A stretch of DNA of 64,000 nucleotides from Nannocystis bainbridge (GCF_028368995.1 NZ_JAQNDL010000002.1:1888001-1952000); one strand, 5' to 3'. Shown: positions 25,801-38,752, counted from the first letter of the stretch. Numbers and translations are program-made. Notes: a model not told the origin generated them from the sequence alone.

Positions 25801-25906
25801 CACCAGCGGGGGCGACGCGGAGCGCGCCCGGGTGCCGGCGCTGGCGACGTTCTACACCGAGCTCGACTTCACGATCGGCGCGGCCGACGTGGTGTGGGCG
25901 GCCTGA
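22844..25906 (+). CDS. FAD/NAD(P)-binding oxidoreductase (amine oxidase/phytoene desaturase-like) fused to an acetoacetate-decarboxylase-like domain
   Basis: IVIVGGGMAAL, RLGGKGAS, EHGLHLFYGFYDNAF, NLVLCGDWT..GCVEGA; C-terminal YLWVD...GGREVLGFPK. Confidence 0.85.
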   Translation: MVIHINKPERIVIVGGGMAALTTAFELTSRPDWRERYDITVYQMGHRLGGKGASGRDQERFDRIEEHGLHLFYGFYDNAFSVLRRCYDELARPAGAPLRTLEDAFHPHSLVVFEEQRGGQWHHQPLLFPRNHERPGLGAATPTPAALIPKMLTFLLDLFDEQPLLKNPAATRSDRAALRLLRRGVSGLLGELGEFLQRPGDGLVVVRREALLGRLLAFSRWTWRLCAPLLARRPDLRVAWTAVDVTLAMIRGMIADRLVEETAVDWLRLDHEDFRAWLRRHGASDEAVAASTVAGVYAGAYMADQELGAGTALHWTLRMLYTYRGALFYKMQAGMGDVVFAPLYLVLRACGVKFRFFHRADALRLSADRSRIDEVVFGRQVAVKGGRDYEPLYDVKGLPCWPSEPLYDQLEHGDALAQSGENLEDWGTQWPDSQEPLVLAAGRDFDRVLLGIGLGAVPALCAEMIADPNNPRFAAMVRAVKTTHTASAQLWFRGDLASTGWRLPPPVMIPHAMPLDTWADMSHLLPRESFPGHVPTASCAYLTAAMDDDETPPVRREDAEGYCARQTARIRTLLAQHLRTNSAHLWPAAQKPGGGLDHRCLVTTDAGADPLDWQHVSPCLNPSDRYVRSIRGSTLHRLDAGASGYDNLVLCGDWTLNPMNLGCVEGATMSGIRAAQVISGEAIALHDDWLAARHPALRTPARERPRYIQRALNESTSPPYEARATAMYASVLAAEPERLADLCQRHLGLNPERCYLPLGPSVVFYAQHNHALSAVDAPGVVPERDFGFLVPVAVCERRAGKLTPVGVAVYMPYLWVDLGAALLGGREVLGFPKGQATLGFPGAPTGAVELRVDAWMPPASGRGDAWREERLIDARLDDSARSRVRSLADALRSGFDPSWLASRGVDLAGQLCLLRAITMTLRTGGLRMVFLKQYRDAAACDRACYQAIVEAPCTRAGTPRVAAQLPGALQLQILRRSGLLAELGLRTSGGDAERARVPALATFYTELDFTIGAADVVWAA

Positions 25907-25917
25907 CGCGCCCCAGC

Positions 25918-26064
25918 GGGCATGCCCTTCACGACATGTCCCCGTGCCCCCTGCCTGGAGCTAGTTCTACCGCCCGCCCCACATGGCACAAGGGGCATGT
26001 CCTCTCGAACATGCCCCTTCCAACAGGCCCTTTCAGACATGCCCTTTCGGACCTGTCCGAAGCC

Positions 26065-26067
<3 letters not shown>
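25918..26067. repeat. Array of 14-bp TGTCC-N4-GGACA-like units (about 1.5 + 6 units)
   Basis: tgccc ttca cgaca|tgtcc...; then tggca caag gggca|tgtcc tctc gaaca|tgccc cttc caaca|ggccc tttc agaca|tgccc tttc ggacc|tgtcc gaag cctca; convergent junction. Confidence 0.88.
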
Positions 26068-27795
<1,728 letters not shown>

Positions 27796-27884
27796 GTCCG
27801 CAATGCTCCGGCTGTCCGCGTGCTTACCACCTTACTGCCCGAGCCGGGTACTGGGCCGTTCGCCCCCGGACTCACGCAGGCCCG

Positions 27885-30089
<2,205 letters not shown>

Positions 30090-30300
30090 GTCCGGCCCAG
30101 CCTAAGCGGGCGGCGAGGCGCGGTCAACGCAGACAGGGCCCTGCCCGAGCGCCGCCGCCGCCGCCCGCCGGGCCCCGGCGGCGCTCGCCAGGGCGCCGCG
30201 AACGTGCATCCACTGCGCTGGCGCGTGCACGTCTCCACGTGCGGCACCTCCCTGGCGGGCCGACACGCGGTTCGGGGTCGTCGGGAGTAGGCTCCGCGCC

Positions 30301-31854
30301 ATGACCTCCGGGAGCCCTGTTTCGGTCGTGATCGGCCACACGATTGCCCTGCGCGACGTGGACGCTGTCGCCCGCCGCGGCGCCGCCGTCTCGCTCGCCG
30401 CCGAGGCGCGGGACGAGCTGCGACAGACGCGGGATCACCTCGAGCGAGCGCTGGCCGCCGGCGCGATCATCTACGGCGTCAACACCGGCTTCGGCGCCCT
30501 GTCCGACGCGAAGATCGCCCCCGACGAGCTCGGGATCTTGCAGCAGAACCTGCTGCGCAGCCACGCGGCCGGGGTCGGCCCGGCGTTCTCCGCCGACGTC
30601 GTGCGCGCCCTCTTGCTGCTGCGCGCCCACACCCTCGCGCTCGGGGCCAGCGGCGTGTCGCCCGGCGTGCCCGAGTTCCTGCTGCAGATGCTGGCCCGCG
30701 ATGTCCTCCCGGTCGTCCCGTGCCAGGGCAGCGTCGGCGCCAGCGGTGACCTGGCCCCGCTGGCCCACCTCGCCCTGGTCGCCATCGGCGAGGGGTTCGC
30801 CTGGTCCGAAGGACAGATCATCTCCGGCGCCGACGCCCTCGCGCGCGCCGGCCTGACCCCGCTGCGCCTCGGCCCCAAGGAGGGCCTGAGCCTCATCAAC
30901 GGCACCCAGGTCACCACCGCCGTCGGCGCGCTCGCGCTGTGCGACGCCGCCGAGCTGATCGCCGCCGCCGACATCCTCGGCAGCCTCAGCCTCGACGCGC
31001 TGCTCGGCACCGTCACCGCCACCGACCCGCGGATCCACGCCGGCAAGCCACACGTCGGCCAGCGCGAGAGCGCCGCCGTCTCGCGCGCCCTGCTCGTCGA
31101 CTCCCCGCTCCGCGCCTCGCACAGCGACTGCGGCGAGGTCCAGGACGCCTACGCCCTCCGCTGCATGCCGCAGGTCCACGGGGCCGCGCGCGACGCCCTC
31201 GCCTACGTCGCCGGCGCCGTGCAGGTCGAGCTCAACAGCTTCACCGACAACCCGCTGGTGCTGGCCCGCGCGGACGGCGGCTTCGACGTCCTCAGCGGCG
31301 GCAACTTCCACGCCGGCACCGTCGCCCTCCCGCTCGATCACATGACCGCCGCGCTCACCACCCTCGCCACCATCAGCGAGCGCCGCACCGATCGCATGCT
31401 CAACCCCGCGACCTCGCGCGGCCTCCCGGCCTTCCTGGCCGAAAGGCCAGGTGTCGAGAGCGGCCTGATGATGGCCCACGTCACCGCCTCGGCGCTCGCC
31501 AGCGAGTGCAAGTCGCTCAGCTTCCCCGCCTCCGTCGACACCATCCCGACCTCGGCCGGCAAGGAGGACCACGTCAGCATGGGCCCGATCGCCGCCCGCA
31601 AGCTGCGCAGCGTGGTCGACAACCTCGCCCGCGTGCTCGCCATCGAGGCCATCGCCGCCGCCCGCGGCCTCGACCTGCGCGGGCACCCGACCAGCGCCCC
31701 GCTCCAGCGCGTCCACGCGGCCATCCGCGCCCACGTCCCGCCGTGGACCGGCGACCGCAGCCCGGGCGGCGACACCGAGGCCCTCGCCGCCGCGATCCTG
31801 CGCGGCGAGCTGCGCCGCGCCGCCGAGGTCGCCTCCCCGCTCGATCGCGGCTGA
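30301..31854 (+). CDS. hutH: Histidine ammonia-lyase
   Basis: YGVNTGFG, LLRSHAAG, MIO-forming GSVGASGDLAPLAH, QDAYALRC, SGGNFH, EDHVSMG. Confidence 0.95.
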   Translation: MTSGSPVSVVIGHTIALRDVDAVARRGAAVSLAAEARDELRQTRDHLERALAAGAIIYGVNTGFGALSDAKIAPDELGILQQNLLRSHAAGVGPAFSADVVRALLLLRAHTLALGASGVSPGVPEFLLQMLARDVLPVVPCQGSVGASGDLAPLAHLALVAIGEGFAWSEGQIISGADALARAGLTPLRLGPKEGLSLINGTQVTTAVGALALCDAAELIAAADILGSLSLDALLGTVTATDPRIHAGKPHVGQRESAAVSRALLVDSPLRASHSDCGEVQDAYALRCMPQVHGAARDALAYVAGAVQVELNSFTDNPLVLARADGGFDVLSGGNFHAGTVALPLDHMTAALTTLATISERRTDRMLNPATSRGLPAFLAERPGVESGLMMAHVTASALASECKSLSFPASVDTIPTSAGKEDHVSMGPIAARKLRSVVDNLARVLAIEAIAAARGLDLRGHPTSAPLQRVHAAIRAHVPPWTGDRSPGGDTEALAAAILRGELRRAAEVASPLDRG

Positions 31855-31937
31855 GCAGCCGCGCAACGGCGCGCCCGGAGAGCGCATCACCGGGCAGTCA
31901 TTCATCGTGGCGCTCGCTCTCGTGTCGCCACACGAAA

Positions 31938-32012
31938 GGACATGTCCAGGCCACCCTGCCCTCATGGACATGTCCTTCTCGGCATGTTCCATTGAACATG
32001 TCCGTACAGACA
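31938..32012. repeat. Array of about five 14-bp palindromic units (extra single copy at 32194-32207)
   Basis: ggaca|tgtcc aggc caccc|tgccc tcat ggaca|tgtcc ttct cggca|tgttc catt gaaca|tgtcc gtac agaca. Confidence 0.88.
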
Positions 32013-32438
32013 TCCTCACTACGGAGCGGGTCCGCGACTCCTTCGGCCCTGCTCTCGACTGTCGGGAGCAGCGAAGTGCCGGCGCAGCAAAGATTCGGCG
32101 CAGCGAACAGCCATCGCCGATCGAGCTGCCCCGGCTCGAAGCGACCTCACGGACCTCGCCTGTCCGACTCGTCCGCTCGCGCCCGCCCTCACATGTCCTC
32201 AAAGACAGCCGACGAGCGTCGGCGCCCCTCACTCCGGCCGAGCGGCCCGTCGACGCTCCTTCACTCGCCTGAGCCCGCCGTGCGGCCACACGTCCTCGAC
32301 CGCTCCACTCACTCGGCGTCCCCGCTCCCCATCGTCGTCGGGCCGTCGGCTGTCGCTAGCCCATCATGTTCGCCCCGACGCGAACCGCCGCTCCTCCCCC
32401 GCCTTGCGACCCGGTCCGCGGCCGCCTACGCTCCCGGC

Positions 32439-33230
32439 ATGCGCTCGCTTAGCTTCGCCTCCGTCCTCGCCGCGCTGCTCGCCTGCACCCCGACCGAGCC
32501 CGGCACCACGGACACCGGCACCGCCTCGGGCACCGCCACGAGCACGACCACCGGCACCACGGCCGGCACCACCGCTCCGACCGGCGACCTCACCACCAGC
32601 ACCACCGGCGGCACCGCGACCGGCGGCATGACCACCGCGCCGACGACCTCGACCTCCACCACGTCGACGACCTCGACCGCCACCACCGAGCCCGCGACTT
32701 CGACGTCGACCACCTCGACCACGAGCCCCGGCACCGCGACCACCGACGACACCGGCGCCGTCGACCCGCAGTGCGCCCCGGCCACCGGTGACTACGGCGA
32801 CTGCGAAGCCGTGCTCGGCTTCGCCTTCGACGGCACCGAGTGCACCCTGCGCTCCGGCTGCGGCTGCGGCCCCGACTGCGACAAGTTCTTCCCCAGCGCC
32901 TCCGCCTGCGCCCTCGCCTGCGCCGCCGCCGACCACTGCAACCCGGACGAGTTCGACGGCGCCGGCCTCGTCAAACCGCCGATCCAGCCGGGCACCCACT
33001 GCGACGGCGTCTACGTGTGCCCCGGCGCCGACGCCGAGCTCAAGCAGGCCTACGTGGACATCTTCGGCCTGCTGACCTGCGAGCCGGGCGATTTCCCCTG
33101 CAGCGAGAACGGCGAGGTCTGCACCGGCCTGCTCGCGGGCACGCTCGGCCCCGAGGAGTGGGCCAAGCTGTGCGCCGCCAGCCTGCTGCCGAACTCCGGC
33201 CCCTTCATCTGCACCGTCTTCGGCCCCTGA
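32439..33230 (+). CDS. Lipoprotein with Thr-rich linker and Cys-rich (Kunitz/BPTI-like) domain
   Basis: MRSLSFASVLAALLAC; long T/S/G linker; C...GDCEAVLGFAFDGTEC...GCGC...FFPSASACALAC. Confidence 0.8.
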   Translation: MRSLSFASVLAALLACTPTEPGTTDTGTASGTATSTTTGTTAGTTAPTGDLTTSTTGGTATGGMTTAPTTSTSTTSTTSTATTEPATSTSTTSTTSPGTATTDDTGAVDPQCAPATGDYGDCEAVLGFAFDGTECTLRSGCGCGPDCDKFFPSASACALACAAADHCNPDEFDGAGLVKPPIQPGTHCDGVYVCPGADAELKQAYVDIFGLLTCEPGDFPCSENGEVCTGLLAGTLGPEEWAKLCAASLLPNSGPFICTVFGP

Positions 33231-33241
33231 GCCCGCGAGGG

Positions 33242-33441
33242 CGACCTGTCCCTACGAACAGGTAGACGCTCCGCCGGCGACCTGTCCCTACGAACAGGTA
33301 GCGGGCTCCGCTCCGACCCGTCCCCACGAACAGGTGCCGGATCCGCCCGACGGCCTGTCCTTGCGAACAGGTAGCGGGCTCCGCTCCGACCTGTCCCCAC
33401 GAACCAGCTCCGCCCCGCGACCTGTCCCCACGGACAGGCAC
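33242..33441. repeat. Six ~36-bp repeats, each carrying a 20-bp palindrome ACCTGTCC-N4-G(A/G)ACAGGT
   Basis: Cores start at 33247, 33283, 33319, 33356, 33392, 33423; linkers 2 and 4 are identical (agcgggctccgctc); convergent junction. Confidence 0.9.
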
Positions 33442-33471
33442 CATCCGGCGGCGGGTTCCTGCCCCGCCCCC

Positions 33472-33576
33472 TCACGGCCGGGGCGGCGTGCGCAGCACCT
33501 TGGCGACGAGATAGATCGTCATCCCTCCGACCAGCAGCCACGTGCAGCTCAGCATGATCCACGCGCTCGTGCTCAC
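33472..33576 (-). CDS. 34-aa single-TM protein, MetS-like small subunit of the NSS transporter
   Basis: GTG start overlaps the transporter TGA (GTGA), with an upstream GGAGG; MSTSAWIMLSCTWLLVGGMTIYLVAKVLRTPPRP. Confidence 0.75.
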   Translation of the reverse strand: MSTSAWIMLSCTWLLVGGMTIYLVAKVLRTPPRP

Positions 33577-35258
33577 GAGGCACCTCCTTCGGTCTTCGGC
33601 GGGTGTTGCGTGCTCGCCTCGATGTTGCGGCCGCGGAACGCTCGCCACACCAGCGCCGCGATCAGCGTGAACACCGTCAGCAGGACCACCCGCGTCAGGT
33701 CCTTGACGAACATCGGCGTGATCTTGCCCGCATCGTCGAAGTAGCCGCCCGTCTCGCCGACGTGGAGCAGCTTGCCGAGCACGCTGTCGGCCGCGAACGG
33801 CCAGCTGCCGGTGCTCAGCAGCTGCGACATCGCCTCGCCCCACGCCACGCTCGGCTTCACCATCGCGCCGAACAGCACCACCAGGATGAACAGCGGCGTC
33901 ACGTACTTGATGACGTACTTGTAGATGCCCGGCAGGCGCAGGTCGGCGCCCCGGTTGAGCTCCGCCCAGCCGCGCTCGATGCCGAAGATCCAGCCGAAGA
34001 TCAGCACCTCGGCCAGCGCGAACACGATCAGCGAGAACGTCCCGGTCCAGAAGTCGAACTCGTCGAAGGTCCCGCCCGGATACAGGATGACCACCATCGA
34101 GCCGAGCAGCAGCGTCGCCAGACCGCAGAGGAGCGCCGCCTTCTCGCGGCTGACCTTGAACTCGTCCTGCAGGAACGCCAGCACCGGCTGGCCCATCGCC
34201 AGCGACGAAGTGATGCCGGCGAAGAACAGCAGCCCGAACCACATCGCCCCCGCGATCGGCCCGAACCAACCCCATTGGTTGAACAGCGTCGGCAGCGTCA
34301 AGAACCCGAGGCCGAAGCCCGAGCCGCCGGCCGTCGCCGCCTGCACCGCCGCCAGCCCCAGGTACGCCGTGGCGATCGGGATCAAGATCGATCCGCCGAG
34401 GATGACCTCGACGAACTCGTTGACCGTCCCGGCCGTGGTCGCGTTGAGGGCGATGTCGTCGCGCTCGCGCAGGTAGGCCGCGTAGCAGTGGATCGAGCCC
34501 ATCCCGACCGACAGCGTGAAGAAGATCTGGCCGGCCGCCGCCAGCCACGTGCTCGGATTGAAAAGGCCCGAGCCCTGCGGCTCCCACACGAAGTTGAGGC
34601 CGACCAGCGGGCTCTCGACCACCCCCGGGTCACCTGGCCCGAGCATCAGGCCCTTGATCGCCAGCACCGCGCCGAAGCCGAGCAGCAGCGGCATCCCGAT
34701 CTTCGCCGCCAGCTCGACCCCGCGGACCAGCCCGCGCGACAGCAGCCACACGTTGAGCGCCAGCGTGGCGAGGAAGAACCCGGCCGCCTCGTACGGGATC
34801 GCGGCGATGTCGTCGGACGTCGTGCCGAGGTACTCCGGGAAGAACGTCGTCGGTGGGGTCGCCTCGAACGTCCCGCGCAGCGAGTGCCACACGTACGCCA
34901 GCGTCCACGACTCGATGTAACAGTAGTAGGCCGCCACCGTCAGGTTGGTGAACAGCCCGAACACGCCGACGTACTTGAGCCAGCGCGCGCGGCCGAGGCG
35001 GGCGAACATCCCCGGCGCGCTGTGGTGGCCGTACTGCCCGCCGTGGCGGCCGATCGCCCACTCGACCCACAAGAGCGGCAGGCCCATCAGCACGAACGAG
35101 ATCAGGTACGGCACCAGGAACGCGCCGCCGCCGTTCTGCGCCGCCTGGGCCGGAAAGCGGAGGAAGTTGCCGAGGCCGACGGCGTTGCCGGCGACCGCCA
35201 GCACCAGCCCCACGCGGGTGCCCCACTGCTCCTTCTTCGCCCCTGGACCTGACGCCAT
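33573..35258 (-). CDS. Sodium-dependent transporter, NSS/SNF (LeuT-like) family
   Basis: AGNAVGLGNFLRFP, GGGAFLVPY, AAGQIFFTLSVG, LFFAGITSS. Confidence 0.95.
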   Translation of the reverse strand: MASGPGAKKEQWGTRVGLVLAVAGNAVGLGNFLRFPAQAAQNGGGAFLVPYLISFVLMGLPLLWVEWAIGRHGGQYGHHSAPGMFARLGRARWLKYVGVFGLFTNLTVAAYYCYIESWTLAYVWHSLRGTFEATPPTTFFPEYLGTTSDDIAAIPYEAAGFFLATLALNVWLLSRGLVRGVELAAKIGMPLLLGFGAVLAIKGLMLGPGDPGVVESPLVGLNFVWEPQGSGLFNPSTWLAAAGQIFFTLSVGMGSIHCYAAYLRERDDIALNATTAGTVNEFVEVILGGSILIPIATAYLGLAAVQAATAGGSGFGLGFLTLPTLFNQWGWFGPIAGAMWFGLLFFAGITSSLAMGQPVLAFLQDEFKVSREKAALLCGLATLLLGSMVVILYPGGTFDEFDFWTGTFSLIVFALAEVLIFGWIFGIERGWAELNRGADLRLPGIYKYVIKYVTPLFILVVLFGAMVKPSVAWGEAMSQLLSTGSWPFAADSVLGKLLHVGETGGYFDDAGKITPMFVKDLTRVVLLTVFTLIAALVWRAFRGRNIEASTQHPPKTEGGAS

Positions 35259-35361
35259 CGCCGCGAAGGTACCCCGGGGAGCCCGGCTTCTTCAACCGCC
35301 GGCGCCGGTCCGGCGCGGCCCCGACCTGTCTTCCAGGACAGGCGGCCGGCCCGCGCGCCTG

Positions 35362-36963
35362 TCACTTCGGCCGCGTCATCTTCTTGCGGAGGCCGAGGAA
35401 GCCCTTCACCAGGCTACCCAGGCTGCTGCCTGCGATCCCCTTGAGCAGCTCGAACCCGTGCGAGACCTTGCCCGCGTACGGGAACCACAGTGGTTCCTGA
35501 TTCAGCCAGCCGCGGTCGACCATGATCCCGCGGGTGTTCATGAACGCCAGGATGCCCTCGTCGCCGTGGTAGCGGCCGATCCCCGACGAGCGCACCCCGC
35601 CGAACGGCAGCGCCGGGTGGCCGACCGACTGGATCACGTCGTTGATCGACACTTGCCCGCTCTCGAGGCGCGAGGCCAGGCGCAGCCCCTTGTCGATGTC
35701 TCGCGTCCACACGCTGCCGGCCAGCCCGTACTCGCTGGCGTTGGCCAGGCGCACCGCCTCGTCCTCGTCGCGCACGCGGATCACCGGCAGCACCGGCCCG
35801 AACGTCTCCTCGCGGAAGATCTCCATCTCCGGCGTCACCCCGGTGAGCAGCGTCGGCGCGAAGAACTGGCCCTCGCGCTGCAACCTCTCGCCCCCGAACA
35901 CCAGCTTGGCCCCCGCCGCCACCGCCGAGTTCACGTGGCGCTCGACGATCCCCAGCTGCGCGGCCGACGTCAGCGGCCCCATGTCGGCCTGCTCTTCGGG
36001 CCCGCCGACGGTCACCTTCGCCACCCTCTCGCGCACCATCTCGACGAAGCGGTCGTGGATCGCGTCGACCACGAAGATGCGCTCGACCGACACACACGCC
36101 TGGCCGCAGTTGACGAGCGAGCCCCACACCGCCGCCTCGGCCGCGCGCTCGAGGTTGGCGTCGGCGCACACGATCATCGCGTCCTTGCCCCCCAGCTCGA
36201 GCTCGACCGGGATCGGGCGCTGGGCCGCCGCCGCCATCACCTTGCGGCCGGTCGCCACCGACCCGGTGAAGAACAGCATGTCGACCTCGGCCCGCGTCAG
36301 CGCCGCCCCCGTCGAGCCGTCGCCGTGAACGATCTCGACCACCCCGGCCGGTAGCCCGATCCGGCTGAAAAGGTCCGCGACCACGCCCGCCACGATCGGG
36401 GTGATCTCCGACTGCTTGAGCACCACCGTGTTACCGCCGATCAGCGCCGACAGCACCGGCGCCACCGCCAGCTGGAACGGGAAGTTCCACGGCGAGATGA
36501 TGCCGACGACCCCCCGCGGGAAGTGCTCGATGAACCCCGCCTTGCCCGGCAGCACGATCGGCGTCGGCACCTTGCGGCGGCGCAGCAGCACCGGCGCCCG
36601 GCGCAGCATGTAGTCCAGCAGCAGCGGCACCGCGCCGATCTCGGTCACCGTCGCCTCGAAGGTCGGCTTGCCGGTGTCCTCGCTGATCTTGCGGGCGTAG
36701 TGCTCGCCGTGCTCGGCCAGCACTTGCTTGACCCGGCCCAGCAGCTCCACGCGGGTCGCCAGCGGCGTGTCGCGCCAGCCGGGGAAGGCCGCCCGGGCCC
36801 GGGCCACCGCCGCGGCCACCTCGGCTTCGTCGGCGACCGGAAAATCGCCCAGCTTGGCGCCGCTGACGGGGCTCAGCTTCTCGATCAGCCGGCGCGGCGA
36901 AACGGCCTTGTCGGGCCCGGCAGGGGTGGATGACGCGGGGGCGGGAGTCTTGGAGGCGCTCAT
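35362..36963 (-). CDS. Aldehyde dehydrogenase family protein
   Basis: ISPWNFP, FTGS, LELGGKD, GQACVS, EETFGPV, PFGGVRSSG. Confidence 0.93.
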   Translation of the reverse strand: MSASKTPAPASSTPAGPDKAVSPRRLIEKLSPVSGAKLGDFPVADEAEVAAAVARARAAFPGWRDTPLATRVELLGRVKQVLAEHGEHYARKISEDTGKPTFEATVTEIGAVPLLLDYMLRRAPVLLRRRKVPTPIVLPGKAGFIEHFPRGVVGIISPWNFPFQLAVAPVLSALIGGNTVVLKQSEITPIVAGVVADLFSRIGLPAGVVEIVHGDGSTGAALTRAEVDMLFFTGSVATGRKVMAAAAQRPIPVELELGGKDAMIVCADANLERAAEAAVWGSLVNCGQACVSVERIFVVDAIHDRFVEMVRERVAKVTVGGPEEQADMGPLTSAAQLGIVERHVNSAVAAGAKLVFGGERLQREGQFFAPTLLTGVTPEMEIFREETFGPVLPVIRVRDEDEAVRLANASEYGLAGSVWTRDIDKGLRLASRLESGQVSINDVIQSVGHPALPFGGVRSSGIGRYHGDEGILAFMNTRGIMVDRGWLNQEPLWFPYAGKVSHGFELLKGIAGSSLGSLVKGFLGLRKKMTRPK

Positions 36964-37077
36964 GTGCAAAGCCTTCGATCACGGGCGAGGGCCCGCGCGG
37001 GGGTGAGTTTAGCAAACGGGCCCCCCGATGCGACCGCGCGCGGGCCCGCGGATACTGCTACCATGCCCAGTGCCGCC

Positions 37078-37902
37078 ATGACGACCAGCCGCCGTGACGA
37101 CCTGTTCCGCCGCTACCTCGGGATCCTCGGGTGGGTCGGAGACCCTGGGCTCCACGAGCTCGTCAGCAGCCACCTGATCAAGGTCCCGTTCGAGAACGTG
37201 TCCAAGCTGCTGCGCCCGGCCGACGCGCCGAAGAACGCGGTGCAGCCGATCGACGAGTTCCTGCGCGGCATCGGCGAGCAAGACCTGGGCGGCACCTGCT
37301 ACGCCCTCAACGCCCACTTCGCCGAGCTGCTGCAGTTCCTCGACTACGACGTCGAGCTGCTGGCCGCCGACGCCGGCGGCGTCCCGCGGGCCCACGCCGT
37401 CTGCCGCGTCACCTTCGAGGATCAGCAGCACCTGGTCGACGTCGGCTACGGCGCCCCGTTCTACCACCCGATCCCGCTCGACTCGCTGCCGCTGCAGATC
37501 CCGCACGGCGCCGTCAGCTACGCCCTCGATCGCCACGCCTCGCACCGCGAGGCGGTCGAGGTAGCGATGGTCCACCAGGGCGCCCGGATCCACAACTACG
37601 TCGCCAAGCCGCCGGCCATCGGCTCCGACGTGTTCGCCGCCGCGATCGAGCGCTCCAACGCGCCCGACGCCCACTTCATGCGGCGGCTCAAGATCATCCG
37701 CTTCTTCGCCAGCCGCGTGCTCGAGATCGACAACAACCGGCTCGTCACCACCCACCACAACATCACCACCGTCACCCCGATCCGCGACATCGACGAGCTC
37801 GAGGCGGTCGTGCACGAGGCGCTGCAGCTGCCGCGCATGCCGGTGCGCGAGGCCGTCGAGGCCCTCGCGGCCCGCGGGATCGACGTCTTCGCTACTGCTT
37901 GA
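37078..37902 (+). CDS. Arylamine N-acetyltransferase family protein
   Basis: VPFENV, GGTCYALN, AH, LVDVGYG (Cys-His-Asp triad). Confidence 0.88.
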   Translation: MTTSRRDDLFRRYLGILGWVGDPGLHELVSSHLIKVPFENVSKLLRPADAPKNAVQPIDEFLRGIGEQDLGGTCYALNAHFAELLQFLDYDVELLAADAGGVPRAHAVCRVTFEDQQHLVDVGYGAPFYHPIPLDSLPLQIPHGAVSYALDRHASHREAVEVAMVHQGARIHNYVAKPPAIGSDVFAAAIERSNAPDAHFMRRLKIIRFFASRVLEIDNNRLVTTHHNITTVTPIRDIDELEAVVHEALQLPRMPVREAVEALAARGIDVFATA

Positions 37903-38752
37903 TCCCGCACAGGCCGACGTCCTCGAGCCCCGGCGGGGCCATGCCCGCGTCGTAGAACGGCAGGCACTCCTGCTCCGGCGCCCCCGAGCACATCGCCGGC
38001 ATCGACTCGGCCAGCGCGAGATCGCAGAACTCGGTGCAGCAGCCCGGCGTCCCGCAGCCCGGCACGTTCGGCCCGGCCGAGCACAACAAGCCCGGGTCGC
38101 ACACGTTGAGGAACTCGCACGGGTCGCCATAGAAGCCGGCGTCGCCGCTGACGTCGCCGTCGCACACGAACCCGCCCGCCGCGCTCGGGATGCAGATCTG
38201 TCCGCTAGGACAGGTCGGCGTCAGCGGGTTGCAGCTCGTCAAGCACAGCGCGAGCAGGCCACCCGTCGACACGTCGCACACCAGCCCGCCCGCGCACGTC
38301 GGCGCGGCCGGCGCCCCCTCGCACATCGGCGTGCAGGTCCCGAGGCCGTCGGCGTCGAGCAGCCAGCACAGCAGACCGGCGTCGCAGTCGTCGAGGCCGA
38401 CGATGCCGCCCTCGGCCTGGCACGGGTCACCCGCCTTGCCCGCGGGATCGGCGATCTCGACGCAGCGCGTGTCGTCGACCACGCCGGTCCCGGTCGAGTC
38501 GAACGGCACGCACTTCGCGCCCGCCGGACAATCTTGCATCCACACGTCGCACTCGCCGGCGATCGGCCCGCCGCTGGTGGTCGGCGCCGACGACGAGGTC
38601 TGCGTGTCGTCCGTCGTCGCCGCGGTCGTCGTCGTCTCGGGACCTGCGGGAGGACCGCCCCCGGCCTCGCTGTCGGTCCCACCTTGCTCGAACTTCACGC
38701 ACCCCGCGAGTGTGAGAAGCACGACGAACCGCGACGCTCCGGGCCTGATCAC
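37892..38752 (-). CDS. Cys-rich myxobacterial lipoprotein
   Basis: Lipobox LTLAGC, Thr-rich linker, CDVWMQDCPAGAKC, repeated G-D-P-C...C-D-x-G-L-x-C modules. Confidence 0.82.
   Translation of the reverse strand: MIRPGASRFVVLLTLAGCVKFEQGGTDSEAGGGPPAGPETTTTAATTDDTQTSSSAPTTSGGPIAGECDVWMQDCPAGAKCVPFDSTGTGVVDDTRCVEIADPAGKAGDPCQAEGGIVGLDDCDAGLLCWLLDADGLGTCTPMCEGAPAAPTCAGGLVCDVSTGGLLALCLTSCNPLTPTCPSGQICIPSAAGGFVCDGDVSGDAGFYGDPCEFLNVCDPGLLCSAGPNVPGCGTPGCCTEFCDLALAESMPAMCSGAPEQECLPFYDAGMAPPGLEDVGLCGIKQ

Noticed and set aside
30301-31854. Stand-alone hutH as a Tyr/Phe ammonia-lyase or aminomutase of a biosynthetic cluster
   Set aside because: The LLRSH motif is of the histidine-specific type, and no NRPS/PKS genes are nearby.
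32500-32750. Thr-rich (and 59880-60060 Gly/Glu/Thr-rich) repeats as DNA repeat elements
   Set aside because: They are in-frame low-complexity protein linkers.
33242-33441. Canonical CRISPR array
   Set aside because: Linkers are only ~14 nt, related and partly identical; repeats are degenerate; no cas genes or AT-rich leader in the window.
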